This document shows positions 28,019 through 37,882 of a stretch of 64,000 nt of DNA, piece by piece. The DNA is from a bacterium (GTDB lineage: Bacteria; Patescibacteriota; Microgenomatia; Daviesbacterales; UBA10151). The stretch covers positions 270,997-334,996 of the forward strand of contig JAJYNN010000002.1 in the NCBI GenBank assembly GCA_021786315.1. Reading direction: 5' to 3'. The stretch's first letter is position 1; every line of letters starts with the position of its first letter. A program made the translations under genes and the position numbers. The notes beneath the pieces were generated by a model. The model searched no databases. It saw only the letters and a program-made list of their open reading frames with translations, and had not been told where the DNA came from.

Positions 28019-29287
28019 ATGAAATATAAACTTTCCACTTTAAAAAACGGTTTAACAGTTATCTCTATTGACCAACCCAATATCGAATCCGTAACTACCA
28101 TGGTGGCAGTTGGGGCAGGTTCCCGGAATGAATCTAAAAATGAAATGGGGATTGCCCACTTTTTCGAACATATGTTTTTTAAGGGATCGCGCAAGTACCC
28201 AACAGCCTTGGAAATTTCTACTCTAGTTGATGGGGTGGGGGCAATTAATAATGCTTTTACCTCTAAAGAGTTTACTGGTTATTGGATAAAATCTGCGACG
28301 AATAATGTGGAGTTAGCAGCCGATATAATATCAGCTGGTCTTACTGAGCCAATACTGTCTGAAGAGGAGATAGATCGGGAAAAAGGTGTCATTATTGAGG
28401 AGAAAAGAATGTATCAGGATAACCCTACTCGTTATGTTTGGGATCTTTTCTTTAGTTTAGTGTTTGGAAATACACCTTTAGGATGGAACGTCATTGGGAC
28501 TGATCAAACTATAACCTCTTTTTCTAGGAATGATTTTCTAAAATACATCCGAAGTTTTTATTCCCCAGAAAACATGGCATTAATATTCGCCGGCAAGATT
28601 GGCAATAAAGGGGTAGAACTTGCTAAGCAATATTTTTCAGACATGCCAACGCACCGGAACAACTCTCCCTTGGCATTTAAACCGAAAGAGCAGAAAAAAC
28701 CGGGGATAAACATTTTCTACAAAAAGACAGATCAAGTAAATGTTGTTTTGGGTGGTTTGGGTTATAAACGTAGTGATTCCAGAAGATACACAGCTGCATT
28801 GATAGCAAGTCTTTTGGGGGAGGGAATGAGTTCTCGTTTGTTTATCCAAGTCAGGGAGAGGAGAGGTTTGGCGTATCATGTCGCAGCTGATATCGAAGAT
28901 TTTAGGGATACCGGTATTTTTGCTGCTTATGCTGGGCTTAAGCAGGAAAAGGTGGAGGAAGGTGTGAAGGTTATAAAAGAACAGTTGGACAGGCTGAAAG
29001 TGGAAAGTGTCCCAGGGGATGAACTTAAAAAAGTGAAAGAAATGATAAAAGGAAGATTAGCAATTAGATCAGAATCAACGAATTTTTTGGCAGAGTTTTA
29101 CGGTTTACAGTGGGTTGTGGACCGAAATATTGAAACCCCGGAAGAATATATTAAAAAAATAGAAGCAGTAACAGCTGAGGATGTAAAAGAAGTTGCTAAC
29201 GATCTTTTTGAGAGCCGAAAACTCAATTTACAGATAATTGGCCCCTTGAAAAATTCCTCAGAATTTGAAAGAATCTTAGAGGGCTGA
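28019..29287 (+). CDS. M16-family zinc peptidase (second insulinase-like protein)
   Basis: HFFEHMFFKGS HxxEH motif. Confidence 0.8.
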   Translation: MKYKLSTLKNGLTVISIDQPNIESVTTMVAVGAGSRNESKNEMGIAHFFEHMFFKGSRKYPTALEISTLVDGVGAINNAFTSKEFTGYWIKSATNNVELAADIISAGLTEPILSEEEIDREKGVIIEEKRMYQDNPTRYVWDLFFSLVFGNTPLGWNVIGTDQTITSFSRNDFLKYIRSFYSPENMALIFAGKIGNKGVELAKQYFSDMPTHRNNSPLAFKPKEQKKPGINIFYKKTDQVNVVLGGLGYKRSDSRRYTAALIASLLGEGMSSRLFIQVRERRGLAYHVAADIEDFRDTGIFAAYAGLKQEKVEEGVKVIKEQLDRLKVESVPGDELKKVKEMIKGRLAIRSESTNFLAEFYGLQWVVDRNIETPEEYIKKIEAVTAEDVKEVANDLFESRKLNLQIIGPLKNSSEFERILEG

Positions 29288-29321
29288 GGCCTTTATCTAG
29301 AAAGGCCTTTTTTTGTTTTTT
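29288..29321 (+). terminator. rho-independent terminator
   Basis: aggcctttatctagaaaggcct followed by tttttttgtttttt. Confidence 0.8.
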
Positions 29322-29326
29322 AACAT

Positions 29327-30646
29327 ATGAGTCAACAGAATCCATTTGAAAGCGCTTTAGTTTTACTCCGGCAGGCAGCCGAAAAGATGCAGCTTGAGGA
29401 TTCAGTTTTAAAAATATTATTGGTTCCTGAAAGGGTCATTGAGTTATCCCTTCCGCTTAAAAAAGATTCCGGAGAATTGGAAATAATTCGGGGTTACCGG
29501 GTGCAATACAATAACTGGCTTGGGCCTTACAAGGGCGGGCTACGTTTTCATCCCCAAGTTGACATGAATGAGGTTAAAGCTTTGGCCTTCTGGATGACTA
29601 TCAAAAATGCCGTCTGCAATGTGCCTTTCGGTGGTGGTAAAGGTGGACTCGAAATTGATCCTAAAACTTTATCAAAAGAAGAACTGGAAAGGTTAACCCG
29701 GGAATTTGCGAAAGAACTTGCCCCCAATGTTGGGCCGGAAGTTGACGTTCCTGCCCCCGACGTTAACACTAACGGCCAAATTATGGATTGGTTTAGGGAT
29801 GAGTATTCGAAAGTTGTCGGAAAAGATTCTCCGGCTGTGGTTACCGGCAAGCCGGTCGGCAAAGGTGGATCATTAGGCAGGGAAGAGGCAACAGGAATGG
29901 GTGGGTTTTTTGTTCTGGAACAGTTAGTCGAAAAATTATCGCTGGAGAAACCTTTAACTGTAGCCGTTCAGGGATTTGGCAATGTGGGTTTGCATATTGC
30001 CCGCTTGCTTTCCGAAAATGGTTATAAAGTTGTGGCTTTGTCTGATTCCAAAGGCGGGGTTTCTGATTTGGAAAACGGGTTTGATGTCCGCGAGGCAGAA
30101 AGCAACAAAAAGGAAAAGGGTTCATTGGGGGAATCTTATCCTGACAAAAAAATTACCAATGAAGAGCTTTTGGAATTACCGGTGGATATCTTAGTTCCGG
30201 CTGCCTTAGAAGGGGTTATTAATAAGGACAACGCCGGGAAAATTCAGGCCAAGATAATTTTAGAAATGGCTAATGGGCCAATAACGGCGGAAGGTGATGA
30301 GATCTTAAACCAGAAAGAAATTAAGGTTGTTCCTGATGTCCTGGCGAATTCCGGCGGAGTTACAGTTTCATATTTTGAATGGTATCAGAATATGCATAAA
30401 GAGGAATGGAGTGAAGAAGACGTAAATAAAAAACTCAAAGAAAAAATGGTTTCATCTTTTGCAGAAGTTTGGGGGATCCATGAAGAGAAAAATGTTAATT
30501 TCCGGACAGCAGCTTATATTTTGGCGATCCAAAGATTACTGGACTCCAGGTTACATGTTGAGCCTGTGCAAGGCGACGCCTTGCGTGAGGAATCAGAAGA
30601 GAATTTTGAAGAGCCAGTTTTTAATTTGCCAGCCGGCAGCAACTGA
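29327..30646 (+). CDS. gdhA: NAD(P)-specific glutamate dehydrogenase
   Basis: KGGLRFHP, FGGGKGG, and a Rossmann GFGNVG motif. Confidence 0.93.
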   Translation: MSQQNPFESALVLLRQAAEKMQLEDSVLKILLVPERVIELSLPLKKDSGELEIIRGYRVQYNNWLGPYKGGLRFHPQVDMNEVKALAFWMTIKNAVCNVPFGGGKGGLEIDPKTLSKEELERLTREFAKELAPNVGPEVDVPAPDVNTNGQIMDWFRDEYSKVVGKDSPAVVTGKPVGKGGSLGREEATGMGGFFVLEQLVEKLSLEKPLTVAVQGFGNVGLHIARLLSENGYKVVALSDSKGGVSDLENGFDVREAESNKKEKGSLGESYPDKKITNEELLELPVDILVPAALEGVINKDNAGKIQAKIILEMANGPITAEGDEILNQKEIKVVPDVLANSGGVTVSYFEWYQNMHKEEWSEEDVNKKLKEKMVSSFAEVWGIHEEKNVNFRTAAYILAIQRLLDSRLHVEPVQGDALREESEENFEEPVFNLPAGSN

Positions 30647-31120
30647 GATAAATCCGAGAACGATTCCTCCGATGATATCAAAGGGATAGTGGACTCCTAT
30701 AAAAATCCGGGCAAAACCCACAATAAGCATAAGTATTAACAAAAGCGGGGCAAACCTGGATTTATAAAAGGTAAAACTCCAAGCTGTTACTGCCATAACT
30801 GTAGTGTGGCCGGAAGGGAAGGCTGCATCAACGGCATGTTTAATTAGGGGGGCGATATCATAAGTTACAAAAGGGCGGGGCTCGAAATAAAAGCCGTGGA
30901 TTATTCTTGTTAAAACCTCAGCAATTATCAAACCAATAAAAGCTAGTATAGTCGATTTTTTTTCTTTGGCGGATCCGAACAATGCCAAAAGCACGACGAG
31001 TAAAAATGTAGCAAAGATTAAATATTGGGCGTTAAAGATCATAAACTTATCCAGGACAGCGTTGTGATAAGCAAGCCCGAAAATTCTAAAAAATAAGGAA
31101 ATATTACTTCCGACTTCCAT
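30593..31120 (-). CDS. PAP2-family phosphatase (undecaprenyl-diphosphatase-like)
   Basis: PSGH and SRxxxxxHxxxD-like motifs (AAFPSGHTT). Multi-TM. Confidence 0.75.
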   Translation of the reverse strand: MEVGSNISLFFRIFGLAYHNAVLDKFMIFNAQYLIFATFLLVVLLALFGSAKEKKSTILAFIGLIIAEVLTRIIHGFYFEPRPFVTYDIAPLIKHAVDAAFPSGHTTVMAVTAWSFTFYKSRFAPLLLILMLIVGFARIFIGVHYPFDIIGGIVLGFISVAAGWQIKNWLFKILF

Positions 31121-31121
31121 A

Positions 31122-31493
31122 TTAAAACCTTAAATAAGGTAGGAAAATTATTATACCAACAATTGAGGCAGAAATGGCAGTGATCAAAACGGCGGCAGCC
31201 CCGATATCTTTAGCGTATTTTGCCCGAGGATGTTGTTCGGGGGTAAATGAATCGACAATAGCTTCAATGGCGGTGTTGGTGAGTTCTAGGGTAAGCACTA
31301 ACCCGGTCATGATAATAATAAAGATCCAATCCAGGGAACTAATTTGGAAATAAAATCCTGCCGTTATTACTAAAAGGGCAAAAAAGAAATGGAATTTTAG
31401 ATTGGGTTCTTCCTTAAAGGCTGCATACAAACCTTCAAAAGCATATTTAAAAGAGAGGATGCGGTGAAAACGTGAATGGCGAGGTTTTAGCAT
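31122..31493 (-). CDS. dgkA: prokaryotic diacylglycerol/undecaprenol kinase (DgkA family)
   Basis: 123 aa, 3 TM. EEPNLKFHF...LELTNTAIEAIVD. Confidence 0.8.
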   Translation of the reverse strand: MLKPRHSRFHRILSFKYAFEGLYAAFKEEPNLKFHFFFALLVITAGFYFQISSLDWIFIIIMTGLVLTLELTNTAIEAIVDSFTPEQHPRAKYAKDIGAAAVLITAISASIVGIIIFLPYLRF

Positions 31494-31514
31494 AAATCCA
31501 GTATACCATGATCT

Positions 31515-32252
31515 CTAGGTGATTGATTTATATCCCCATTCCTCAACATCTATCTTGTAGGGGTCAATTGCCAACAGTAGCCCCCGGGTAATCTTTTCCT
31601 TGGGGATGGGTGAGCTGAGTTGATAAGTTAAACGCCTAATAAGTTCCGCCATCAACCACCCCGGAACGATATGCTTTTCCGAAGGATAAACAAAGCGGAA
31701 GTTTAAGATGTGGGCAAAAAGTATTTCCCAGTGGGCCTCCATCCTCGTGAGCAATCTCTTCCAATCCAAACTGTCTCCTTTTTTTAAAAACATATGGTTT
31801 ATATCAGGGCCGTCGTAACGGTATCGGTCTTGGCGGTAAGCTTTTGACCAGATGATCTCTTCCGGCGGAACGAGCCGGACTTTTTGTCCTAATATTTCCG
31901 CAGGATAGGGGGTTTCGAACCAGGTATCGTCGATCGGGACTACGCCTTGAGCAGTCCCGAAAATTAAATCAACAACAGATTTGTTAAAGAAAGCTTTGGC
32001 CAGCCATCTTGGGTCAGAAATTTCAGTTTTGAATTCGGCATGTTTAAATAAATCCAGTATCTGCAAATAATCACCCGGTTTACAAAAAATATCAAAATCA
32101 TTGGTCTCCCTTTTGATTCCGGTATAATCCATGACGGCGTAGGATCCTCCTACAAGAAACGGAAGTCCGCTTTTATTCAAAATTTTTAGGGCTTGGGTAT
32201 AGAAATCTTCCGGACAATTGATATTCTCCTCTGCCATCTTACCTTCGTACAT
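31515..32252 (-). CDS. nucleotidyltransferase-fold protein (putative)
   Basis: GGSYAV...NDFDIF matches the minimal NTase hG[GS]x9-13DhDh signature. Confidence 0.4.
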   Translation of the reverse strand: MYEGKMAEENINCPEDFYTQALKILNKSGLPFLVGGSYAVMDYTGIKRETNDFDIFCKPGDYLQILDLFKHAEFKTEISDPRWLAKAFFNKSVVDLIFGTAQGVVPIDDTWFETPYPAEILGQKVRLVPPEEIIWSKAYRQDRYRYDGPDINHMFLKKGDSLDWKRLLTRMEAHWEILFAHILNFRFVYPSEKHIVPGWLMAELIRRLTYQLSSPIPKEKITRGLLLAIDPYKIDVEEWGYKSIT

Positions 32253-32297
32253 TAAATAAGATTGATGTGATGATGATGAATATCAGGAAAGAATTTT

Positions 32298-33305
32298 GTG
32301 AGTTGGATAGCTTTAGGTATAATTAGATCCATGAAAAATTTTTGGAACAAGCTTAATAAACCATTTTTTGCTCTGGCTCCTATGGAGGATGTAACTGACA
32401 CTGCTTTCCGTCAAGTAGTGGCCTCGATTGGTAAACCGGACGTTTTTTTTACTGAGTTTGCCAATGTTGACGGAATTTTTTCAGCTGGGGAAAAGAAGGT
32501 CTTCCCTCGTTTGAAGTTTACCTCAAAAGAACATCCAATTGTGGCTCAGATTTGGGGGGCGAAATTAGAAAACTTTACCAAAGCTGCCAGATTAATTGCG
32601 GAGATGGGTTTTGACGGGATCGATATTAATATGGGTTGTCCCCAAAAGTCAGTTATTAAACAAAAAGCCTGTTCTGCTTTAATTAATTATCCCGAAAAAG
32701 CCAAAGAAATATTTTTAGCAGTTAAAAGAGGTGCAGGGGATTTACCGGTAAGTATTAAAACCCGAATTGGTTTTGACAAAATCCAGACAGAAGAATGGAT
32801 CGGATTTTTATTAGAATTAGAACCGGCAGTCTTAACGGTTCATGGGCGAACTGTTAAAGAACAGTCAGAAGGCTTGGCACATTGGGATGAAATCGGCAAG
32901 GTTGTAAAAATGAGAGACAAATTAAAATCCAAAACTTTAATTATGGGTAATGGGGATGTGGCGAGCTTGGATAATGCAAGGGAAAAATGTCAGCAGTATG
33001 GGGTGGATGGGGTGATGATCGGGCGCGGAGTGTTCCATAATCCTTGGGTTTTTAATCCCGAAGTTGATTTAAATAAAGTAACAATCAAAGATAGGTTAAA
33101 AGTTTTGGAAAAACACCTGCAGCTTTTCGAAAAAAGTTGGCAAGGGGAAAAGGACTTTAACATTTTGAAAAAATTCTTTAAAGCATATATTCGGGACTTT
33201 GATGGTGCTTCAGAACTCCGGACTAAATTAATGGAAGTAAATAATCCTCAAGAGGTCCATAATCTTCTGCAAGGTGACGCCTTGCAGAGAACTAAACAAT
33301 TGTAG
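32298..33305 (+). CDS. dus: tRNA-dihydrouridine synthase
   Basis: FALAPMEDVTDTAFR, and a TIM-barrel FMN site including a catalytic Cys (MGCPQ). Confidence 0.88.
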   Translation: MSWIALGIIRSMKNFWNKLNKPFFALAPMEDVTDTAFRQVVASIGKPDVFFTEFANVDGIFSAGEKKVFPRLKFTSKEHPIVAQIWGAKLENFTKAARLIAEMGFDGIDINMGCPQKSVIKQKACSALINYPEKAKEIFLAVKRGAGDLPVSIKTRIGFDKIQTEEWIGFLLELEPAVLTVHGRTVKEQSEGLAHWDEIGKVVKMRDKLKSKTLIMGNGDVASLDNAREKCQQYGVDGVMIGRGVFHNPWVFNPEVDLNKVTIKDRLKVLEKHLQLFEKSWQGEKDFNILKKFFKAYIRDFDGASELRTKLMEVNNPQEVHNLLQGDALQRTKQL

Positions 33306-33954
33306 AGGTGCGTAGGGTAGAGATCATGCTTTCTATTTCCGGCGTGTAATCGATTGGGCTGCTGGCAGGAAAACCTGTCGTTGAAACCCTGTTGGTGATT
33401 TTTAGAACCGGGTTGGTATTAGTGCACCAAAGGTTTTGGGTAAAGTTGGGAGTAACTGTAGTTGATTTTAAAGTAGGGATAGACCCAATACTTACAGTGG
33501 TCCCGTCGCACCCGGCTAAGCTGTTATCAACAATTACCGTGATTGGTTTTTGGGCTGTCCCACAAATCACATTTAGCTGGTCAATCCCGGTTGCCGGATC
33601 AAATTCAAAGTTAGGGGAGTTGTTACAAGTCAAAAGCCCCCAATTTGCCGGATAATTAAGAGTAAATCCCGGACCAGTAACAGTTTTTACTAAGTTAAAA
33701 GTAGTGACAGGAACTGGTGTCGGGGTAACTACTATTATTTGAGGAGTGGGGGTGGGAATAGGAGCGCTGCTGATAGGGGTGGGCGTCGGGGTTGTTATAA
33801 CTGTGGGTATGGATGTAGGTGTAGGGGTTGGAGTCACAACCGCAGTTGGAGTGCTCACTGCTCTGAAAATAAAAGAGATCAAAAATCCGATGATAATTAA
33901 AAAAATAATTACAGCGATGATGATAAGAATAATTACAATAATCTGCCTACTCAC
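33292..33954 (-). CDS. hypothetical secreted protein with a Pro/Thr-rich linker
   Basis: N-terminal TM (IIVIILIIIAVIIFLII), then (TP)n repeats and a C-terminal domain. Confidence 0.45.
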   Translation of the reverse strand: MSRQIIVIILIIIAVIIFLIIIGFLISFIFRAVSTPTAVVTPTPTPTSIPTVITTPTPTPISSAPIPTPTPQIIVVTPTPVPVTTFNLVKTVTGPGFTLNYPANWGLLTCNNSPNFEFDPATGIDQLNVICGTAQKPITVIVDNSLAGCDGTTVSIGSIPTLKSTTVTPNFTQNLWCTNTNPVLKITNRVSTTGFPASSPIDYTPEIESMISTLRTSTIV

Positions 33955-34064
33955 AGCTTATCTTAATTTAGCAAAATCAAGATAGGAAAAGATAAGAGAG
34001 AGGTCGTAACTTTGAAAGAATATCTTAGGTTTTTTTATGTTAAAATTACTCAGGAATAATTGCG

Positions 34065-34961
34065 ATGGCTAAACGTAAATCCTCCCACCGGTTTCAGATT
34101 TCCCCCGCTCACCTTAATATTATTCTCCTGGCAATTTTATTAACCCTTTTCGGCATTTATAGGACTTATGTTTTAGAGAATGAACCAAATTCCGGAAGGG
34201 AGGTTAGGGAGATGGGGCAACTGCCGTCAGAAATTAAAAAAGAACTTCAGGTTGCTTCCCCTTCTGCCACGTTCAGAGTCCCTGTTTTGCTTTACCACTA
34301 CGTTGAGTATGTCCAGGACAAAAAAGATACCACCCGGCAGTCGCTAAACATTAATCCTTATATCTTCGAGACTCAAGTTAAAACTTTGAAAGATGCCGGT
34401 TTCACTTTTATGACAGCTTCGGATATTGCCGATGTTTTGGATGGGAAAAAAGCTTTACCCCAAAAACCTGTGGCTCTGACTTTTGATGATGGGTACAGGG
34501 ACTTATATACTGATGTTTTGCCGATCCTTAAAAAATACGGTGCCCACGCGACTGCCTTTATTGTCCCGGGGTTTATTGATGGCCCAAACTCGATGTATGC
34601 CTGGCAACTCAAAGATGTTGCGGGAAGCGGGTTAGTGGAAATTGGGGCTCACACCATGCACCACAGCTACCTTAAAGGTATGGCGCTAAGTCGTGTCCAA
34701 TTCGAAGTTGACCAAAGTAAAGAAGCTTTGCAAAAAGAATTAGGAATTCCGGTTTCTTCTTTTGCTTATCCTTACGGGGCTTTTGATAAACAAACTGAAG
34801 ATGTTGTTAAAAATGCCGGTTTTAGAATTGCTATCTCTACAGTTCCCGGTGTAGAAGTAAACCAGGCAGACCGCTTTTTTGTTTACCGGATCCGTCCCGG
34901 TGCAAGAACAGGGGAAGAGCTTATTAAATTCTTAGAACAAAAAACATTTCACCCCTACTAA
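34065..34961 (+). CDS. polysaccharide deacetylase (NodB homology domain)
   Basis: ALTFDDGY...HTMHH NodB motifs, and an N-terminal TM anchor. Confidence 0.82.
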   Translation: MAKRKSSHRFQISPAHLNIILLAILLTLFGIYRTYVLENEPNSGREVREMGQLPSEIKKELQVASPSATFRVPVLLYHYVEYVQDKKDTTRQSLNINPYIFETQVKTLKDAGFTFMTASDIADVLDGKKALPQKPVALTFDDGYRDLYTDVLPILKKYGAHATAFIVPGFIDGPNSMYAWQLKDVAGSGLVEIGAHTMHHSYLKGMALSRVQFEVDQSKEALQKELGIPVSSFAYPYGAFDKQTEDVVKNAGFRIAISTVPGVEVNQADRFFVYRIRPGARTGEELIKFLEQKTFHPY

Positions 34962-35908
34962 AACATTTGTCGGTCTTTCAAATCCTGTTTGATTATTTCA
35001 ATAAATTTAGCGCTTCCGGTTTCATTTAAATGATCTGAATTGTCAGCAAAATCATCAGTATTAAACCTCTGGTCTTTTAAATAATTAAGATAAGGAATTT
35101 GTAGCTTTTCCGATATTTTGCCAACTGTTTTTTGCAAGTTCTCGTATTTTACCGGATCGACAGAAGAGTAATATGAGGCTGTTGCCGGGAAAGTGATTAA
35201 TACTACTTTTACTCCATGGCTCTGTAGCTTACTGATGGTATCTTCTAGGAGAGCGGTATTTTTAGGGATCAATGCCGGTCTCATGAAACTGGTATGTTTT
35301 TGGGCATTTTTTTGCCCGGCATTTTTCTCTTGTGACCTTTTTATCTTGGGGAAATCATACCATCCTACAGATGTGTTGTACTCAAGGAGATTATTTCTAA
35401 AACCGCTCATGGCCAGTGTGCGGATTGTTTCCGGATCATAAGAAGCGACCAAACTATAGTTTCGGGGATCTAAAGGATCGGGCTTTGCGGGAGGAATATC
35501 AAAGAATCGTTGGTAAAAAAATTTCCGCCAATATTCATTAGTGTTTTCTAAACTAAATTCTAAAGAAAAGTAGGAAATGCCGATAAAGGCTACTTTCAGA
35601 TTTGGCATCATATTGATGTATTTTGAAAGAATGGCGTGATCGTAATAGATATCCTGATTGGAGTTGGCTAAGTTACAGGAATTTTTAAAAAAGGCCGCGG
35701 GGTTAATATCATAATGGGCCTGGGAAGATCCAAGAATAATCATCTCTACTTTTGCCGGATCTTTTTCAATGCAGTTCCTTTTTAGAGTATAACTATTAGA
35801 AACAGAAGCAAGATTGTATTCCAAAATTAACACAAGAATTACCGGGACCGTTAAGAAAAGCAGTAACCTCTTTATAAAAAATATTGGAGAACCCGTTGTT
35901 CTATACAT
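34958..35908 (-). CDS. membrane-anchored SGNH/DltD-like putative acyl-esterase
   Basis: N-terminal TM. ILGSSQAHY (block I GDS-like) and SDHLNETG (block V DxxH). Confidence 0.45.
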   Translation of the reverse strand: MYRTTGSPIFFIKRLLLFLTVPVILVLILEYNLASVSNSYTLKRNCIEKDPAKVEMIILGSSQAHYDINPAAFFKNSCNLANSNQDIYYDHAILSKYINMMPNLKVAFIGISYFSLEFSLENTNEYWRKFFYQRFFDIPPAKPDPLDPRNYSLVASYDPETIRTLAMSGFRNNLLEYNTSVGWYDFPKIKRSQEKNAGQKNAQKHTSFMRPALIPKNTALLEDTISKLQSHGVKVVLITFPATASYYSSVDPVKYENLQKTVGKISEKLQIPYLNYLKDQRFNTDDFADNSDHLNETGSAKFIEIIKQDLKDRQMF

Positions 35909-36082
35909 TGCAATATATACAAAGAAATTATATAGTTATCTCATGCGTTTGGGAATGAAGATCTTAGCCTATCTTGTGGTGGCCCTGATTCTGATGGGCT
36001 TGGGGTATTATTTTATTTTCTCCTCAAAAAATTCCAATACCGGAACAGTTGGAGAACCTCCCATAAAAAGCATCTACGGATA

Positions 36083-37810
36083 TTGAAAATGAGGAGTTTC
36101 CCAAAACGTTTAGCTATTCAGGTTTTATTCGCAATTTTCCTGGTTCTAACTTTTTTCGAAATCTTGCTAAGAATATTTTGGAATCCTCCTTATTTGGAAG
36201 AAAAATATAAAAGAAATGATCTGGCCTGGCTTCAACAAAATGTAAAACTTAACCACTTTGGTTACCGTGACCGGGAGTTTGATTTAAAAAAGGATCCTGG
36301 GACTTTCCGGATATACACTGCTGGGAGCTCATATTCTTTTGGCTGGTACCTTAACGATTATAAATTGTCTTATCCTAAACAACTCGAATTATTACTTACT
36401 GACAAATTCAAAGACCACAAAATTGAAGTGGTAAACAGCGCTCGACCGGGGTTTAGTTTAGGGGAGCGGGTTAATAGATTAAAGACTGATGGTTTATTGT
36501 TTGACCCGGATATGTTTATATTAAGTATTAATCCATTCGATCTCTCGGTCAAAAGTTTTAAGCCGGGGATTACCAACTTGAAATTTATTCGGGATTTAAG
36601 GTTGTATCAATTTCTATATGCCAGGTTCGAAATTGCCCGGGTAGCCAAACTTCGCGATGCAGAGATTGTCGAAAATGCATCTGAGAACTCTAGCCAGTTG
36701 CAAAAAGTTGAAAAATTAATATTGGATGCTAAAAAGACGGCGGATGATAATGGGATAGATTTTGTGTTGTTGCTTTTTCCGGAACTGGATATAAATAATC
36801 CCAACGGTACCTATAAGTACACTAAGGTTAATGAGCAGTTTAAAACATTTGCCAAAGAAAATTCGATAAATTTTATTGATGCGTTTGAAGGATATAAAGG
36901 TTACCCTAAGAAGGGAGATCTAATTATAAATCCTACAGACCCTCACCCCAGTGCGCTTGCAAATAAGTTAACTGCTAACTATCTTTTAAATCAAATCGAT
37001 TTTGAAAAAATCATTAATTCATCCCGAACTTCCCCCGCTGTAGAAACTGCAACTGTTTCTTTAAATATGCCTTTAGATAGCTTTAATTTCATCTCATCAA
37101 TTGAGCCTTCAGGTTGGCTATATTTTAATAAGGAATTTGGGGGGACAATGAATTTCTTTTTACCGGATAGCCCGGACAGGGAAGTTTTGTATATGGAAGA
37201 TGTTTTAAAAACATCGGCCGGATTCACTAATGATGGTTGGCCGGGAGCAAAAATTGAACATCGAATTTTAGCTAAATCTAATCCTTTGGTGCTTCCGCAA
37301 AAATTGTATGGATATCGGGTGGTAGGAATTTCCGGGATAACCGGTTTTTGGGTGGAGGATGGTGCTTTACGGAGTAAAGATTTAGATCTTGTTTCTACAG
37401 AAATTACCAGAGACCAAAATAATATTTATCTGAAAGTAAATGACCCGCAAAAATTCCTGTTATATAAAATTACTGCAGATATCAGAATCAAACAATTTGA
37501 TATTGAAAAAGGAAAAATTACTGATTTATTTTCCACCCGATTAGAATCCGCAAGTGTTAACCAAGGCGGGCAAAAGGTATCTTTACAAGTTGAAGGTAAG
37601 ATCGGGTCTTTACCAAAGTTTACGTATTTAGGTAAGAAGGTTGGCTATGTCTGGCTGGATAATAAATTAGTTGGTGCTGATATTTCTGTGTCCGGTAATC
37701 AATTGGATATAGTTTTAAAAAACAAAGTTATAAAAGATTCGACTCTGGAAGTTCCCCTTGCCGAAGAGTTAGATAAGACTGTTGAAATGCCAACAATTTA
37801 TTATAAGTAG
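36083..37810 (+). CDS. membrane-anchored SGNH-hydrolase-like protein with a C-terminal beta-rich domain
   Basis: N-terminal TM. IYTAGSSYSFGW (GDS-like) and TDPHPS (DxH). Confidence 0.45.
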   Translation: MKMRSFPKRLAIQVLFAIFLVLTFFEILLRIFWNPPYLEEKYKRNDLAWLQQNVKLNHFGYRDREFDLKKDPGTFRIYTAGSSYSFGWYLNDYKLSYPKQLELLLTDKFKDHKIEVVNSARPGFSLGERVNRLKTDGLLFDPDMFILSINPFDLSVKSFKPGITNLKFIRDLRLYQFLYARFEIARVAKLRDAEIVENASENSSQLQKVEKLILDAKKTADDNGIDFVLLLFPELDINNPNGTYKYTKVNEQFKTFAKENSINFIDAFEGYKGYPKKGDLIINPTDPHPSALANKLTANYLLNQIDFEKIINSSRTSPAVETATVSLNMPLDSFNFISSIEPSGWLYFNKEFGGTMNFFLPDSPDREVLYMEDVLKTSAGFTNDGWPGAKIEHRILAKSNPLVLPQKLYGYRVVGISGITGFWVEDGALRSKDLDLVSTEITRDQNNIYLKVNDPQKFLLYKITADIRIKQFDIEKGKITDLFSTRLESASVNQGGQKVSLQVEGKIGSLPKFTYLGKKVGYVWLDNKLVGADISVSGNQLDIVLKNKVIKDSTLEVPLAEELDKTVEMPTIYYK

Positions 37811-37882
37811 GGATTACTGGATTCATACCCCAAACTCACGCAATTATTTCTGCTCAAATTTAAGATTTACCCATTAATTTCG

